Below are positions 30,008 through 39,274 of a DNA stretch of 64,000 nucleotides, piece after piece; the first letter of the stretch is position 1, and each line of letters starts with the position of its first letter. A program made the position numbers and the translations under genes. The notes under the pieces were generated by a model, which was given only the letters and a program-made list of their open reading frames with translations, was not told the DNA's origin and did not search any database. Location of the stretch: the NCBI GenBank assembly GCA_021781965.1, contig JAJXVU010000006.1:24948-88947 (forward strand). The letters run 5' to 3'. Source of the DNA: Pseudomonadota bacterium. Its GTDB lineage: Bacteria > Pseudomonadota > Gammaproteobacteria > UBA1113.

Positions 30008-30676
30008 TTACGCTGTAGCCCCTGCACTTTCAGGTTGGTACACTGGCAAAGCCTGACGTTTGTCATGCTCAAATGTGGCTGTCCATGGCTGACGATTTTG
30101 ATCTAATATTTGGCCATCGAGTTCATCAGCAAGTTGTGCCGCACAATCGACCATTTCATTAAAAGCATGGCGTGGGCGTACTGCTTTTCTAGGGTAAATA
30201 AATAAGCATAGGCCTGGGGTAATAAAATCACCCATATTGGTTAAATCAATGGTACCGGCACCGGCGGCGGAAGCAACGCTAAAAATGATGCGCCCTTCTT
30301 CGTCATAACGATGAACTATGTCCATCGGACCAGCTTGTAAGCCTTGAGCCATTAAGCTTTGCATCAATTCATAGCCCATGAATTGACCTTTTTCGCCTGC
30401 GGCTACATACATCACTAAAAGTTCGCTATCGTCTATATCGGCTTTTTCTGCGGCCGCTACTTCGGCTTCTATCGTGTGCGTTTCGGGTGCATGCGGCTCA
30501 TATTCTTCTACAGACACAACACGCACTGGACCCACAACGCCATCGTCTAAAGCCGCAGGATGTTCTCTATAACTTTGCCCATGCGTCACGCTATCTTTGT
30601 CATGATTGCGGCGCATCAAGGCATATAGGCCTAAAACTGCTACTACGCAGATTGCGATAATTAAGTAAACTTCCAT
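30008..30676 (-). CDS. zipA: Cell division protein ZipA
   Basis: N-terminal TM anchor plus a C-terminal FtsZ-binding-type domain (...GYELMQSLMAQGLQAGPMDIVHRY...FSVASA..GTIDL...F.TPGL.LF...). It lies downstream of smc, as in other gammaproteobacteria. Confidence 0.8.
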   Translation of the reverse strand: MEVYLIIAICVVAVLGLYALMRRNHDKDSVTHGQSYREHPAALDDGVVGPVRVVSVEEYEPHAPETHTIEAEVAAAEKADIDDSELLVMYVAAGEKGQFMGYELMQSLMAQGLQAGPMDIVHRYDEEGRIIFSVASAAGAGTIDLTNMGDFITPGLCLFIYPRKAVRPRHAFNEMVDCAAQLADELDGQILDQNRQPWTATFEHDKRQALPVYQPESAGATA

Positions 30677-30729
30677 TCTTTTCTCCTCAACTCAAAAAGC
30701 CCATATTTGGGGGGTAATTACTAACTGAA

Positions 30730-33700
30730 TCAATCTTCTGCCATTGCCAAGGCTTCTTCCATATCGACCGACACCAGTCTCGATACGCCAGGCTCTTTCA
30801 TCGTCACGCCAATCAAGTTTTCAGCCATTTCCATCGCCACTTTATTGTGACTAATATAAATAAACTGTAATTCTTTGGACATTTCCTTAACCAGATTACA
30901 ATAGCGAAATACGTTGTTGTCGTCTAGAGGGGCATCTACCTCATCCAACATACAAAACGGGGCTGGATTTAGACGGAATATAGAGAACACCAAGGCTATG
31001 GCCGTCAATGCTTTTTCCCCGCCCGACAATAGATGAATAGTAGCATTACGTTTACCTGGCGGTCTAGCCATAATGGAGACCCCCATATCTAATAATTCTT
31101 CGCCAGTGGCTTCCAGGTAGCACTCGCCACCGCCAAATATCTTAGGGAATAATTGCTGTAAATGGCTGTTGACTTTATCAAAGGTATTTTTAAACAAGGC
31201 CTTGGTTTCGTGGTCAATCTTCTGAATAGCGTCTTCCAAAATAGTTAAAGCCTCAACCAAATCGTCGTTTTGCTTGTCTAGATAAATCTTGCGTTCGGAC
31301 TCGCTTTGGTATTCTTCTATGGCGGCCAGATTGATGGCGCCTAACCGTTGGATGCGATCCAGCACTTTTTGCAGGGCTTCTTCTAACAGTAATTCCGTCA
31401 TTTCAGGGTCTAATATCGCCTGCGTTGCCTCTACCGAAATGGCATGAGCTTCTATCTGTTCTTGCAAGCTTTGCTGACGCACCACTACCGTTTGTTTGTC
31501 TAAGCGAGATTTTTCCAATCGATTACGTATGCCTTCCAGCTTATCTTCAATGTCGTGGCGACTTTGTGTCAATTCACGCATCTTAAATTCAACGGCTTCT
31601 AATTGCGCACGGGTAATTTGTAAGGCTTTGTCGGCTTCGATTCGTGCCGCCAAGGCATCTTGTAATTCTTGTTGTAAATCTTCTAACGGCGCTTCACTAT
31701 TGTTTAAAGACTGTTGCAACTCGCTATGTTTTTCTTCTATTACTTTTAATTGCTGTGTGGTACGTTGCAGATGTTCTGTTTTGGCAGTCAACTCGCTTTT
31801 TAGGCTTTGCTCTTTAATGCGCAAGCTTTGCATGGTGTCATGCGTAGTCTTGGCCTCTACTCTTGCACTCTGCACTTGTTGTTGCAATGTTTCTTTATGC
31901 GTTAGTAATGTTTGTCTAGTGCTGGATTGACTTTCCATTGCAGTCATCGCTTGTTGCCATTGATGACGCGCAGTGGATAAATCGCCGGCGAAAGATTCTA
32001 AGCGCGCTTTCTCGTCTGCCTTATCTTTCTCATTTTGTGCCAGGCGTTGTTTTAATTGTTCAATACGATTTTGTTCAATTCTAAGATTAGCGCGTGCTTC
32101 AGCAATTTGCTGACCCAATTGTTGCAAGGTACGTTGCGACTCTTCTTGCGTTGTTTGCAATTGTTGTCGCTGAGTTTGTATCTCGTTTATTTCTTTATCT
32201 AAGGCGGCTACGCGAGCTTCATTTTCTTGCAAGCGAAGTTGCAAGGCACTGATTTGTCCTTCGCGTTTTAAAACACCTTCTTCATTGCTACTCGCTTTAG
32301 GAACGCTGATGCCATACTGTGAAATCCAAATGCCTTCTTTGGTAATAAAAGAAGCTTCTTTGGCGTTATTTTTGATTAACGCCAAGCCTTCGCACACATC
32401 TGCAACCACATAAATATTTTGCAATAAATGAGCCCATTCCTGACCACTTTGCAATAAACTCGCTAAAGAGGGTTGGTTGCTAATCGATGCATTAGCAGCA
32501 GATACGGTTTGTGGTGGATACAATAATTGTAAGTTGTTAGGTAAAGCATTCTGCTCTACAGCTGCACTCAATGCCGCCACATTTTCTAAACAAACTGCTT
32601 GTAATTGCTCGCCCAATACGGCTTCTAACGCGGTTTCGTAACCCGCAGCTATACGCAATACTTGTGCTAAACGCGCCTTGTCGGCAAAACCTTGTGCTTT
32701 TAGCCAATCTACTGTTTTGCTATTGTCCTGACCCAATGCCGCTTGTTGCAAAGTTTGCAGAGATTGTAATTGACCTTGGCCTTTGCGCAATTCTGTTTTT
32801 AAGGCATCTAATTCGCTGGCCATTGTTTGACGTTGTTCACGCAAACGCGAAATTTCGTTTTGTTGCTCGGTTTTGGCCGTTTCTAATGTTTGTTTTTGTT
32901 GTTCTAAAGCTTGTATTTGCGCGTCGGCTATAGTATTGGTCTCGCCGTCACTATTTTGTTCGCGTAAACGACTATTGTCTGCCTCTAAACGCTCGATACG
33001 ATTACGGCTGCTTTGTTGTTGTGCTTCTAAATGGCGAATGCGCGTCTGCTCAACTTCGGCTTCCTTCATGCTAAGGGCTGCTAATTGATTGAAGCTATCC
33101 CATTGTTGTTGCCAATCGTCGTAAGCTTGTTCGGCTTGACCTAAATGCTGGGCAGCGATTTCCGCTTGGCCACTGTGTTCGGCTAAAGGCGTTGCCACTT
33201 CGGCCAATTCGGCTGTTAACCATTGAATGCGCGCCGTATCTTGTTCTTGATGTTGCAACATTTCTTGCAAGGAGCTTTGAGTTGATTCTAGATCGTCTTG
33301 CCATTGTTCACGTCGTTCTTTTTGATAGGCGATTGCTTGTTCGATGCGTGTCACCTCAGAGCCCGCAGTATAATAAGTAGCTTGGGTTTCATTTAAAGCA
33401 TCGCTGCGCGTACTATGATGTTCTTGCTCTACTTCTAAAAATTTTTCTACTTCGCGCAAAGCCGCCATTTGGCTTTCTAAGCTAACTTCCAGTTCGCGTA
33501 TGGCTGTGCTCAATTCCGCATCTTCGGCTGTTAAACGCATTAAGCGGCGTGTTAATAATTGCGCGCGCAAGGCATCTTCTTCGGTTTTGAATTCTTTATA
33601 GCGTTGTGCATTGGCCGATTGACGTTCTAGTCGTTGTAATTGCTTGTCTAATTCTTCGCGCAAATCGTTTAGGCGATCTAAGTTTTCACGCGTATGGCGT

Positions 33701-34266
33701 ATGCGGGTTTCAGTTTCACGCCTACGCTCTTTATATTTAGATATGCCCGCGGCTTCTTCTAGATAAACGCGTAACTCTTCGGGTTTGGCTTCAATCAGAC
33801 GAGAAATCATGCCTTGTTCGATAATGGCATAGCTGCGCGGCCCCATACCGGTGCCTAAAAATATATCTACTATGTCGCGACGTCTGCAGCGCACATTGTT
33901 CAAAAAATAGGTAGATTGCCCTTCACGGGTCACTAAGCGTTTGATAGCGATTTCAGGATATTGGGCATATTCGCCGCCCAAAGCCCCATTGGGATTGTCG
34001 AATAATAACTCTACCGAGGCCTGCCCTATAGGTTTACGGGCAGTAGAACCGTTAAAAATAACATCCGTCATACCCTCGCCACGCAGCTGCTTGGCGGAGC
34101 TTTCACCCATCACCCAGCGCACGGCATCGATAATATTGGACTTTCCACAGCCATTAGGCCCTACAACGGCCGTTAAATGCCCAGGGAATGAGACTACCGT
34201 CGGGTCAACAAATGACTTAAATCCGACTAACTTGATGTTTTTTAAGCGTAATTTGGCTTCTTGCAT
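30730..34266 (-). CDS. smc: Chromosome partition protein SMC
   Basis: 1178 aa. Walker A GPNGCGKSN, a long coiled coil with a central hinge, the signature LSGGEKALTAIALVF, and Walker B CMLDEVDAPLD. Confidence 0.95.
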   Translation of the reverse strand: MQEAKLRLKNIKLVGFKSFVDPTVVSFPGHLTAVVGPNGCGKSNIIDAVRWVMGESSAKQLRGEGMTDVIFNGSTARKPIGQASVELLFDNPNGALGGEYAQYPEIAIKRLVTREGQSTYFLNNVRCRRRDIVDIFLGTGMGPRSYAIIEQGMISRLIEAKPEELRVYLEEAAGISKYKERRRETETRIRHTRENLDRLNDLREELDKQLQRLERQSANAQRYKEFKTEEDALRAQLLTRRLMRLTAEDAELSTAIRELEVSLESQMAALREVEKFLEVEQEHHSTRSDALNETQATYYTAGSEVTRIEQAIAYQKERREQWQDDLESTQSSLQEMLQHQEQDTARIQWLTAELAEVATPLAEHSGQAEIAAQHLGQAEQAYDDWQQQWDSFNQLAALSMKEAEVEQTRIRHLEAQQQSSRNRIERLEADNSRLREQNSDGETNTIADAQIQALEQQKQTLETAKTEQQNEISRLREQRQTMASELDALKTELRKGQGQLQSLQTLQQAALGQDNSKTVDWLKAQGFADKARLAQVLRIAAGYETALEAVLGEQLQAVCLENVAALSAAVEQNALPNNLQLLYPPQTVSAANASISNQPSLASLLQSGQEWAHLLQNIYVVADVCEGLALIKNNAKEASFITKEGIWISQYGISVPKASSNEEGVLKREGQISALQLRLQENEARVAALDKEINEIQTQRQQLQTTQEESQRTLQQLGQQIAEARANLRIEQNRIEQLKQRLAQNEKDKADEKARLESFAGDLSTARHQWQQAMTAMESQSSTRQTLLTHKETLQQQVQSARVEAKTTHDTMQSLRIKEQSLKSELTAKTEHLQRTTQQLKVIEEKHSELQQSLNNSEAPLEDLQQELQDALAARIEADKALQITRAQLEAVEFKMRELTQSRHDIEDKLEGIRNRLEKSRLDKQTVVVRQQSLQEQIEAHAISVEATQAILDPEMTELLLEEALQKVLDRIQRLGAINLAAIEEYQSESERKIYLDKQNDDLVEALTILEDAIQKIDHETKALFKNTFDKVNSHLQQLFPKIFGGGECYLEATGEELLDMGVSIMARPPGKRNATIHLLSGGEKALTAIALVFSIFRLNPAPFCMLDEVDAPLDDNNVFRYCNLVKEMSKELQFIYISHNKVAMEMAENLIGVTMKEPGVSRLVSVDMEEALAMAED

Positions 34267-34469
34267 AAATACTGCTGATCCTCACCCTGGCAAAATGACA
34301 GGCCATAGTATACCTGATGATAGGGGGGTTGTTAAGTATCATTAAGACTTAAATGTCTGATTTGAGCCATATTGAACTTTTTGTTTTTGTGTTAAAATAA
34401 GACAAATCTGTCTATAGAGCTATACTCTCGCTAGCAGCAACTAAAATGATAATGCTCACAAGGTAAAAC

Positions 34470-36248
34470 ATGTATCCTTCACACGATGAACTCATTCTAT
34501 TGGCCCGAATATTAGCGAAAGATTTAGGCTATGAAGGCGATGTCAATGCTATCAATGGACTGTGTTATGGCTCTTGCAGTCCAGTTATGGATGCGGTCTT
34601 AACGGATATACATAAGATCGTAGAATTCAATGCGCAATTGCAGTGGGTCAAAGAACTCATAGAGTATAAACATATTCTACAAAATATGCACTTACTTTCA
34701 GAAAAAGAAAAAATAAAAATTCTAGCATTTTTTCGTAAAATTATGCTCAATCACAATCCCCGTGCATTTGTAAGATCGCAAAAACTAGGTCATGTGCCTT
34801 ATACACAAGAATTAGCAGAAACAATGCCACTGGTTCAATCTGATGCATTAAAAGAATTAGGTGGGTTATATAAGGTAACGGCCTTCTCTGGGTTTTATAA
34901 TCTTGATACAGATATTGATTTATTTCACTATTTGACTTCATTGAAAAAAGCTGTTAAAGAATTACAGCCTGCTACTGATATTCCATTCTCATTACTGATC
35001 CAAAATGGCGGCCATGCTATTCTACTGAGTTATAACTCGTCCAGCAAGACACTTCCATGGTTTTTTTTTGATATAGAACAAGGTCCAGTATATGGACTTA
35101 ATTTCCAAGACATGGATACATTATTAGTGTCTCTCTTAAAAAGCGGACTTTTAACAAGCTCAGACAATGATAGTAAAAATTACGCAGTAGTCACCTGTTT
35201 CTATTGTTCAGAGCATAACAAGAAAAAAGCATTGAAATTGAGCAAGGTTTTTCAGTTCAATTTAGAATTTTATGAATTAACAAAGATTACTCTAGAGAAA
35301 ATAAACCAAAAAGCAGCTTTAGGCTATACCTATCTTCATCTCAGTGCACAACTTGGAGATATAAATACCGTACAATCTATTATAAAGCTAAGCACTGTTC
35401 ATATTGATTGTCTAAGCCACAGCGGATTGTCTCCTCTTATTCTCGCCATTCAAAATGGGCACACTAAAATTGTAGAATTACTGCTGCAAAATGGGGCTAA
35501 AGTAAACCTGCAACAAAATGGATGGTCAGCCCTGATGTATGCCTCTCAAGATGGACACGCTAAAATTGTAGAATTACTCCTTCAATATGGAGCCAACATA
35601 AATTTATGCGCTCACTCTGGATTATCCGCTATTGCAATCGCTGCTAAAAATAAACAGGCAAGAATAGTAGAGTTACTCATAGAAAACGGCGCTCATAGTT
35701 TTGCTTTATGGAATATTTTTATCTGCCCGATAGATGGAGCGGATATTGTTTTTACCTTAATCAAAGAGAATAGTACTACATTAGATCGATACCTATCACC
35801 CATTCTAAAAAGCCACGACCCCGAAAATAAGCTATTGGCCAATATGTTAAATGCACTGTTTCAGATCAATAGTGAAAATGAAGTATATCGCCAAATTAAC
35901 GATTTTGAAACTATCTTTAAACGAAAGTTTTTAATACTCATGAAAAAAGATTCGCTAAAGCCCGAAGATAAGATATGTCTAATCAAGCTGTACATTCTAC
36001 TTCGTACGCACGATGAAATATGCAGGAGAAACATTATCAAGTCAGGTTTGACTTACTTTTTCAAACCTGAATGTGCTTATGAAAAGAAAATAGCAGAAGC
36101 CCAAGATTTGCTAACGGCTGTTGGAAATAACTCACCTATTCCAGCGGGCCTTTTAGCATTACAAGACGGTAACTTAAAGATTATCACATCGCGTTGTTTC
36201 CCCGAAGGAAAAGAATGCACAGCAATGACTTCGTCACTCTGTGTATAA
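34470..36248 (+). CDS. Ankyrin-repeat protein with uncharacterised N- and C-terminal domains; candidate effector
   Basis: About 4 ANK repeats at aa ~285-408 (nt ~35322..35693): GYTYLHLSAQLGD..., GLSPLILAIQNGHTKIVELLLQNGAKVN, GWSALMYASQDGHAKIVELLLQYGANIN, GLSAIAIAAKNKQARIVELLIENGA. Confidence 0.85.
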   Translation: MYPSHDELILLARILAKDLGYEGDVNAINGLCYGSCSPVMDAVLTDIHKIVEFNAQLQWVKELIEYKHILQNMHLLSEKEKIKILAFFRKIMLNHNPRAFVRSQKLGHVPYTQELAETMPLVQSDALKELGGLYKVTAFSGFYNLDTDIDLFHYLTSLKKAVKELQPATDIPFSLLIQNGGHAILLSYNSSSKTLPWFFFDIEQGPVYGLNFQDMDTLLVSLLKSGLLTSSDNDSKNYAVVTCFYCSEHNKKKALKLSKVFQFNLEFYELTKITLEKINQKAALGYTYLHLSAQLGDINTVQSIIKLSTVHIDCLSHSGLSPLILAIQNGHTKIVELLLQNGAKVNLQQNGWSALMYASQDGHAKIVELLLQYGANINLCAHSGLSAIAIAAKNKQARIVELLIENGAHSFALWNIFICPIDGADIVFTLIKENSTTLDRYLSPILKSHDPENKLLANMLNALFQINSENEVYRQINDFETIFKRKFLILMKKDSLKPEDKICLIKLYILLRTHDEICRRNIIKSGLTYFFKPECAYEKKIAEAQDLLTAVGNNSPIPAGLLALQDGNLKIITSRCFPEGKECTAMTSSLCV

Positions 36249-36432
36249 TATTATCGCAACGACTCTCCTTACTCCTCCCTAATGGCGCAGATCAGCGATA
36301 GTACGAAAGGATTTACTTTTATTTTGGCTGGATTGAAAGCATGACTTGAACACGGCATTCAACTCAATCTCTCGCTAGATGTTTTTCCTGGTGGGAAATA
36401 GTTGAAGGGAAGATCTCGTTTTCAAGGTTCGG

Positions 36433-36454
36433 GCACAAAAATAAATTTTTGTGC
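36433..36454. terminator. Perfect 10-bp hairpin GCACAAAAAT-AA-ATTTTTGTGC immediately 3' of the rpn-like gene stop
   Basis: Read directly. It lies between convergent genes. The stem is AT-rich, so it is weak. Confidence 0.35.
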
Positions 36455-36456
36455 AA

Positions 36457-37443
36457 TCAATGCGTTATTTTTCTGCGCAATTTCTCGATAGCAGTCAGTG
36501 AAAGTCCCGTTTGCTCGCTAATGGCTTGGTTGCTCCAACCATTTTCTATAAGATTGATTGCCTCTAGAGTTTCTTCAAAGCCTTCTAGCTTGCCTTCCAC
36601 TTTACCTTCCACTTTACCTTCCAGCTTACCTTCTTCAAAAACTCGTTCAGCAAAAGTTGCCATGGTATCCCCCATTTCTGATGGTAATGTATTGTACACA
36701 GCTTCTATTAAAGCACCTCTGTCAGCTGAAGTACTCAGCGACCTTAACATATATTCTAGCATGACTTGTGCCCGATCTCCATCGGCTTCTGTCCAAGCAG
36801 AAATCATCCTGAGATCGTCAATATATTGCCCCAATTCGGCTAGATGCGATGAAAATTCTCTTAGCATACTGTGGCGCATGCACCAACTTAATAACGATGC
36901 TCGCTTTTGCCCTCGCAGATCCTTACCCGCTTCTGCAGAAATATCCACTAAATTTAAGGAGCCATTAAACAATTGCATAACACGCTCCTTGTGTTCGCCA
37001 AATAAGTTAAATAAACAACGCTCTCCTTTATAGGCCTTTTCGCCATTATAATACACTATAGGAAATACATAAGGTAAAGGCAATGGATTTCTATCCGCAT
37101 TTTTAGATTCTTTCACATGTCTATCCAAAACCCGCATCACGTAATTGAGCGTCCTAAACGCCATCGTTGGATCGGCTGTGGAATAATGTTCTACCAATAA
37201 GAAAAGATATCCTTCACTGCCATCTTTCATTTCTACCTTATAAAGGATGTCGGTATACAACGCTCGCAGTTGTTTATCAACAAAAGTACCAGGAACCAAT
37301 TGCATCTTATCTAACTTCACTAAATTTAACATGCCGCTAGGTAAATTCGATTCAAAGAAATCTCTGGCCATAGGCTCTTCTTGTAACATACTTTTTACAA
37401 ATTCATCGTGCGGTCTACGTTCTATAGAAACATCGGCCATCAA
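36457..37443 (-). CDS. Rpn (YhgA-like) family recombination-promoting nuclease / putative transposase, PD-(D/E)XK
   Basis: N-terminal PHDEFVKSML..., then YTDILYKV...GYLFLLVEHYS (nuclease core pattern), then a C-terminal helical region. It contains a 4 x 12-bp repeat (36589..36636, EGKLEGKVEGKVEGKLEG) and an HTH-like tail (WSNQAISEQTGLSLTAIEKLRRK). Confidence 0.75.
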   Translation of the reverse strand: MMADVSIERRPHDEFVKSMLQEEPMARDFFESNLPSGMLNLVKLDKMQLVPGTFVDKQLRALYTDILYKVEMKDGSEGYLFLLVEHYSTADPTMAFRTLNYVMRVLDRHVKESKNADRNPLPLPYVFPIVYYNGEKAYKGERCLFNLFGEHKERVMQLFNGSLNLVDISAEAGKDLRGQKRASLLSWCMRHSMLREFSSHLAELGQYIDDLRMISAWTEADGDRAQVMLEYMLRSLSTSADRGALIEAVYNTLPSEMGDTMATFAERVFEEGKLEGKVEGKVEGKLEGFEETLEAINLIENGWSNQAISEQTGLSLTAIEKLRRKITH

Positions 37444-38385
37444 GACCCCTTAGAAAAGCTCTTATTGATATTATTATAATGCATTAAAGTTTATATGTAA
37501 ATATGTTTTAACTATTTTTCGGCTGAAGGTGTTTTTTTATGGCATAGAGGGGTGGCTGACCCGAGTAAAAACTCGAGCCGGCCTGCGATAGATCCATACT
37601 GCTACTAGGTCTTAGTCTGTACGCTTAAGACCACTACTACTCACCTGCAAATAAGCTATTTTCTCGCTGAAACACACGACAACTAGATGTATGTTTCTAA
37701 ATGGCTTAAAGAGATACACGCCCTAAAAGTAAGGATGGCGTAGCTTTCTACACACTAACTTTAATTTTACTATTTACGCTTCCTACACCTAAGCCCTTAC
37801 TTAACGGCCTTAAATAGATAACTTTGCCGCAAAAAACTGCCATGACACAGTTTTTCAATTGACGAGTACAATCCTAAGCAGCACGTTCCACCTATAGAAG
37901 CCGTTTTAAGCCTAAGCTAACGTAATGGTAAAAACTAAAGCCACTAAGCGTTGCTTCTCACAAACGTAAAACACCCTTTCATGTCTCTATGTAACCACGA
38001 TAAAGCGTAATACAATCTTGAAAAACTGGCATATTTGAGTAATATGCGTACAAAGTGTTTGGGAATTACGCTGGGTGGGCTGAGATTCCCTTGTGTAGAC
38101 GCGTTGATGTGAGCTAGAATATTCATAGCCATTACAATTCTCCTAAAGTTGTGATTGTGATGGTTAGCGATGGGTTACCAGCCCATCGCGCTTACTCACC
38201 CGAGTAAGCTCCACCGCAGAACGATCCCCAACCGTAATGAAACGATTTTTCATCATTCACAGATACATATTAGACCTTGGTTTCAAAGCTTGTCAATAGT
38301 TTTTTGTGATTTTTTTAAAATATTTTTTGGTGATAAGAAATTTAAAAAAAGAAAAATATAAATTATATTTATTCACCATCTTCGC

Positions 38386-38474
38386 TCCTCGCTGGCGGGG
38401 TCCTGGCAACGGCGACCACCCCGTCGTGCTCGTGCCTGCGCGCGTCGGGGGCCCCGTCACCGTGCCACCCCGCC
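38386..38474 (+). repeat. Left arm of a GC-rich long inverted repeat
   Basis: Reverse-complementary to 39275..39361. 24-bp perfect core at 38421..38444. Outer 20 bp match 18/20 and inner 10 bp match 10/10. It is strongly GC-rich against AT-rich flanks. Confidence 0.9.
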
Positions 38475-38516
38475 TTCACTATTGTGCTTTGTCTTAGAAT
38501 GAATTCATATCATTGC

Positions 38517-38545
38517 TTGACACATCCCCTAAATTCGAGTATTTT
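38517..38545 (+). promoter_or_regulatory. Sigma70-type promoter candidate TTGACA-17 bp-TATTTT inside the IR-bounded segment
   Basis: Consensus -35 hexamer, 17-bp spacer, and a 4/6 match at -10. It lies 44 nt upstream of the ATG at 38589. Confidence 0.45.
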
Positions 38546-38588
38546 AAATGCGCCTTTAGAGACTATTAAAAATGGAAGTAATTTTAAA

Positions 38589-39260
38589 ATGTGGCAATCT
38601 TTATCTCCTTGGCTTCACTACGTTACCTTCGCAAGTATTGCACTTGTATTTACGTGGATAGGAAAGATTTGGGGTGCATGGGAGCATCTTTCTAAAAAAA
38701 AGATAAGTAAAAAAGTCAAGTCTTCAGCTGTTTTTAGATTAAAACATACAGAAAACAAAATTCATGTTTTTAATAAAAATCTAAACAATCTTATTGGTCA
38801 ACCATATGGTCCGGAAAATCAGAAAAAAGACTATCCTGATTGGCGGCAACCAAAGTGGAGGGAGATATTTTCGCTCAATAAATCTCAAATAGATCTTGAT
38901 CAGGCAAAAAAAGATTTAGATCTTTTAACTAATAGTGGCTATCCAGAAAGTAAGCTAAGTAAATGGAGATCTATATTTTTAAAACAACATGAGTTAATGC
39001 AGCTCTTAATAAAAACAGAAGAACAAATTTCTTCTGCACATAAAGAGTTAGAGGTTTATAACTCTCGGGGCATGGGCCGGGGTCCTGGGTTTAGTTCTCG
39101 AGCAAATCAAATAGAGATTGCAGGACAAACGAGAATTACAGAATTGGAAGCGTCGACAAGAAAATTAATAGAATGCAATGCTTCTGTATTAATAGAGACC
39201 GAAGATGAAAATGTTAATTCGTTATCAAAAAATAAAGATTCATGTGAATTTTCTGGGTAA
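38589..39260 (+). CDS. Hypothetical membrane-anchored coiled-coil protein (223 aa), no family recognised
   Basis: Within ORF 38484..39260, the ATG at 38589 follows the promoter candidate. It has an N-terminal hydrophobic helix LHYVTFASIALVFTWIGKIWGAW, then a Lys-rich stretch, a heptad-like remainder and a GMGRGPGF motif. The gene is bracketed by the GC-rich inverted repeats. Confidence 0.55.
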   Translation: MWQSLSPWLHYVTFASIALVFTWIGKIWGAWEHLSKKKISKKVKSSAVFRLKHTENKIHVFNKNLNNLIGQPYGPENQKKDYPDWRQPKWREIFSLNKSQIDLDQAKKDLDLLTNSGYPESKLSKWRSIFLKQHELMQLLIKTEEQISSAHKELEVYNSRGMGRGPGFSSRANQIEIAGQTRITELEASTRKLIECNASVLIETEDENVNSLSKNKDSCEFSG

Positions 39261-39274
39261 TGACTCGATACTAC

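Noticed and set aside
36449-37033. 194-aa plus-strand ORF with an SSLPSTLPSTLPSSLPSS repeat.
   Set aside because: It is antisense to the much better supported Rpn-family CDS. The repeat is the complement of the EGK 12-bp repeat.
37944-38361. Small ORFs 37944..38132 (-) and 38170..38361 (+) in the ORF-poor region.
   Set aside because: There are no ribosome-binding sites or recognisable motifs. The second runs through the two hairpins and an A/T-rich tract. I treat the region as non-coding pending data.
38306-38497. 63-aa ORF (…RWRGPGNGDHPVVLVPARVGGP…), and the ORFs 39385..39567 and 39417..39698.
   Set aside because: These are open frames created by GC-rich repeat sequence (the inverted-repeat arm and REP family 2). 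They have no ribosome-binding sites and their composition is that of the repeats.
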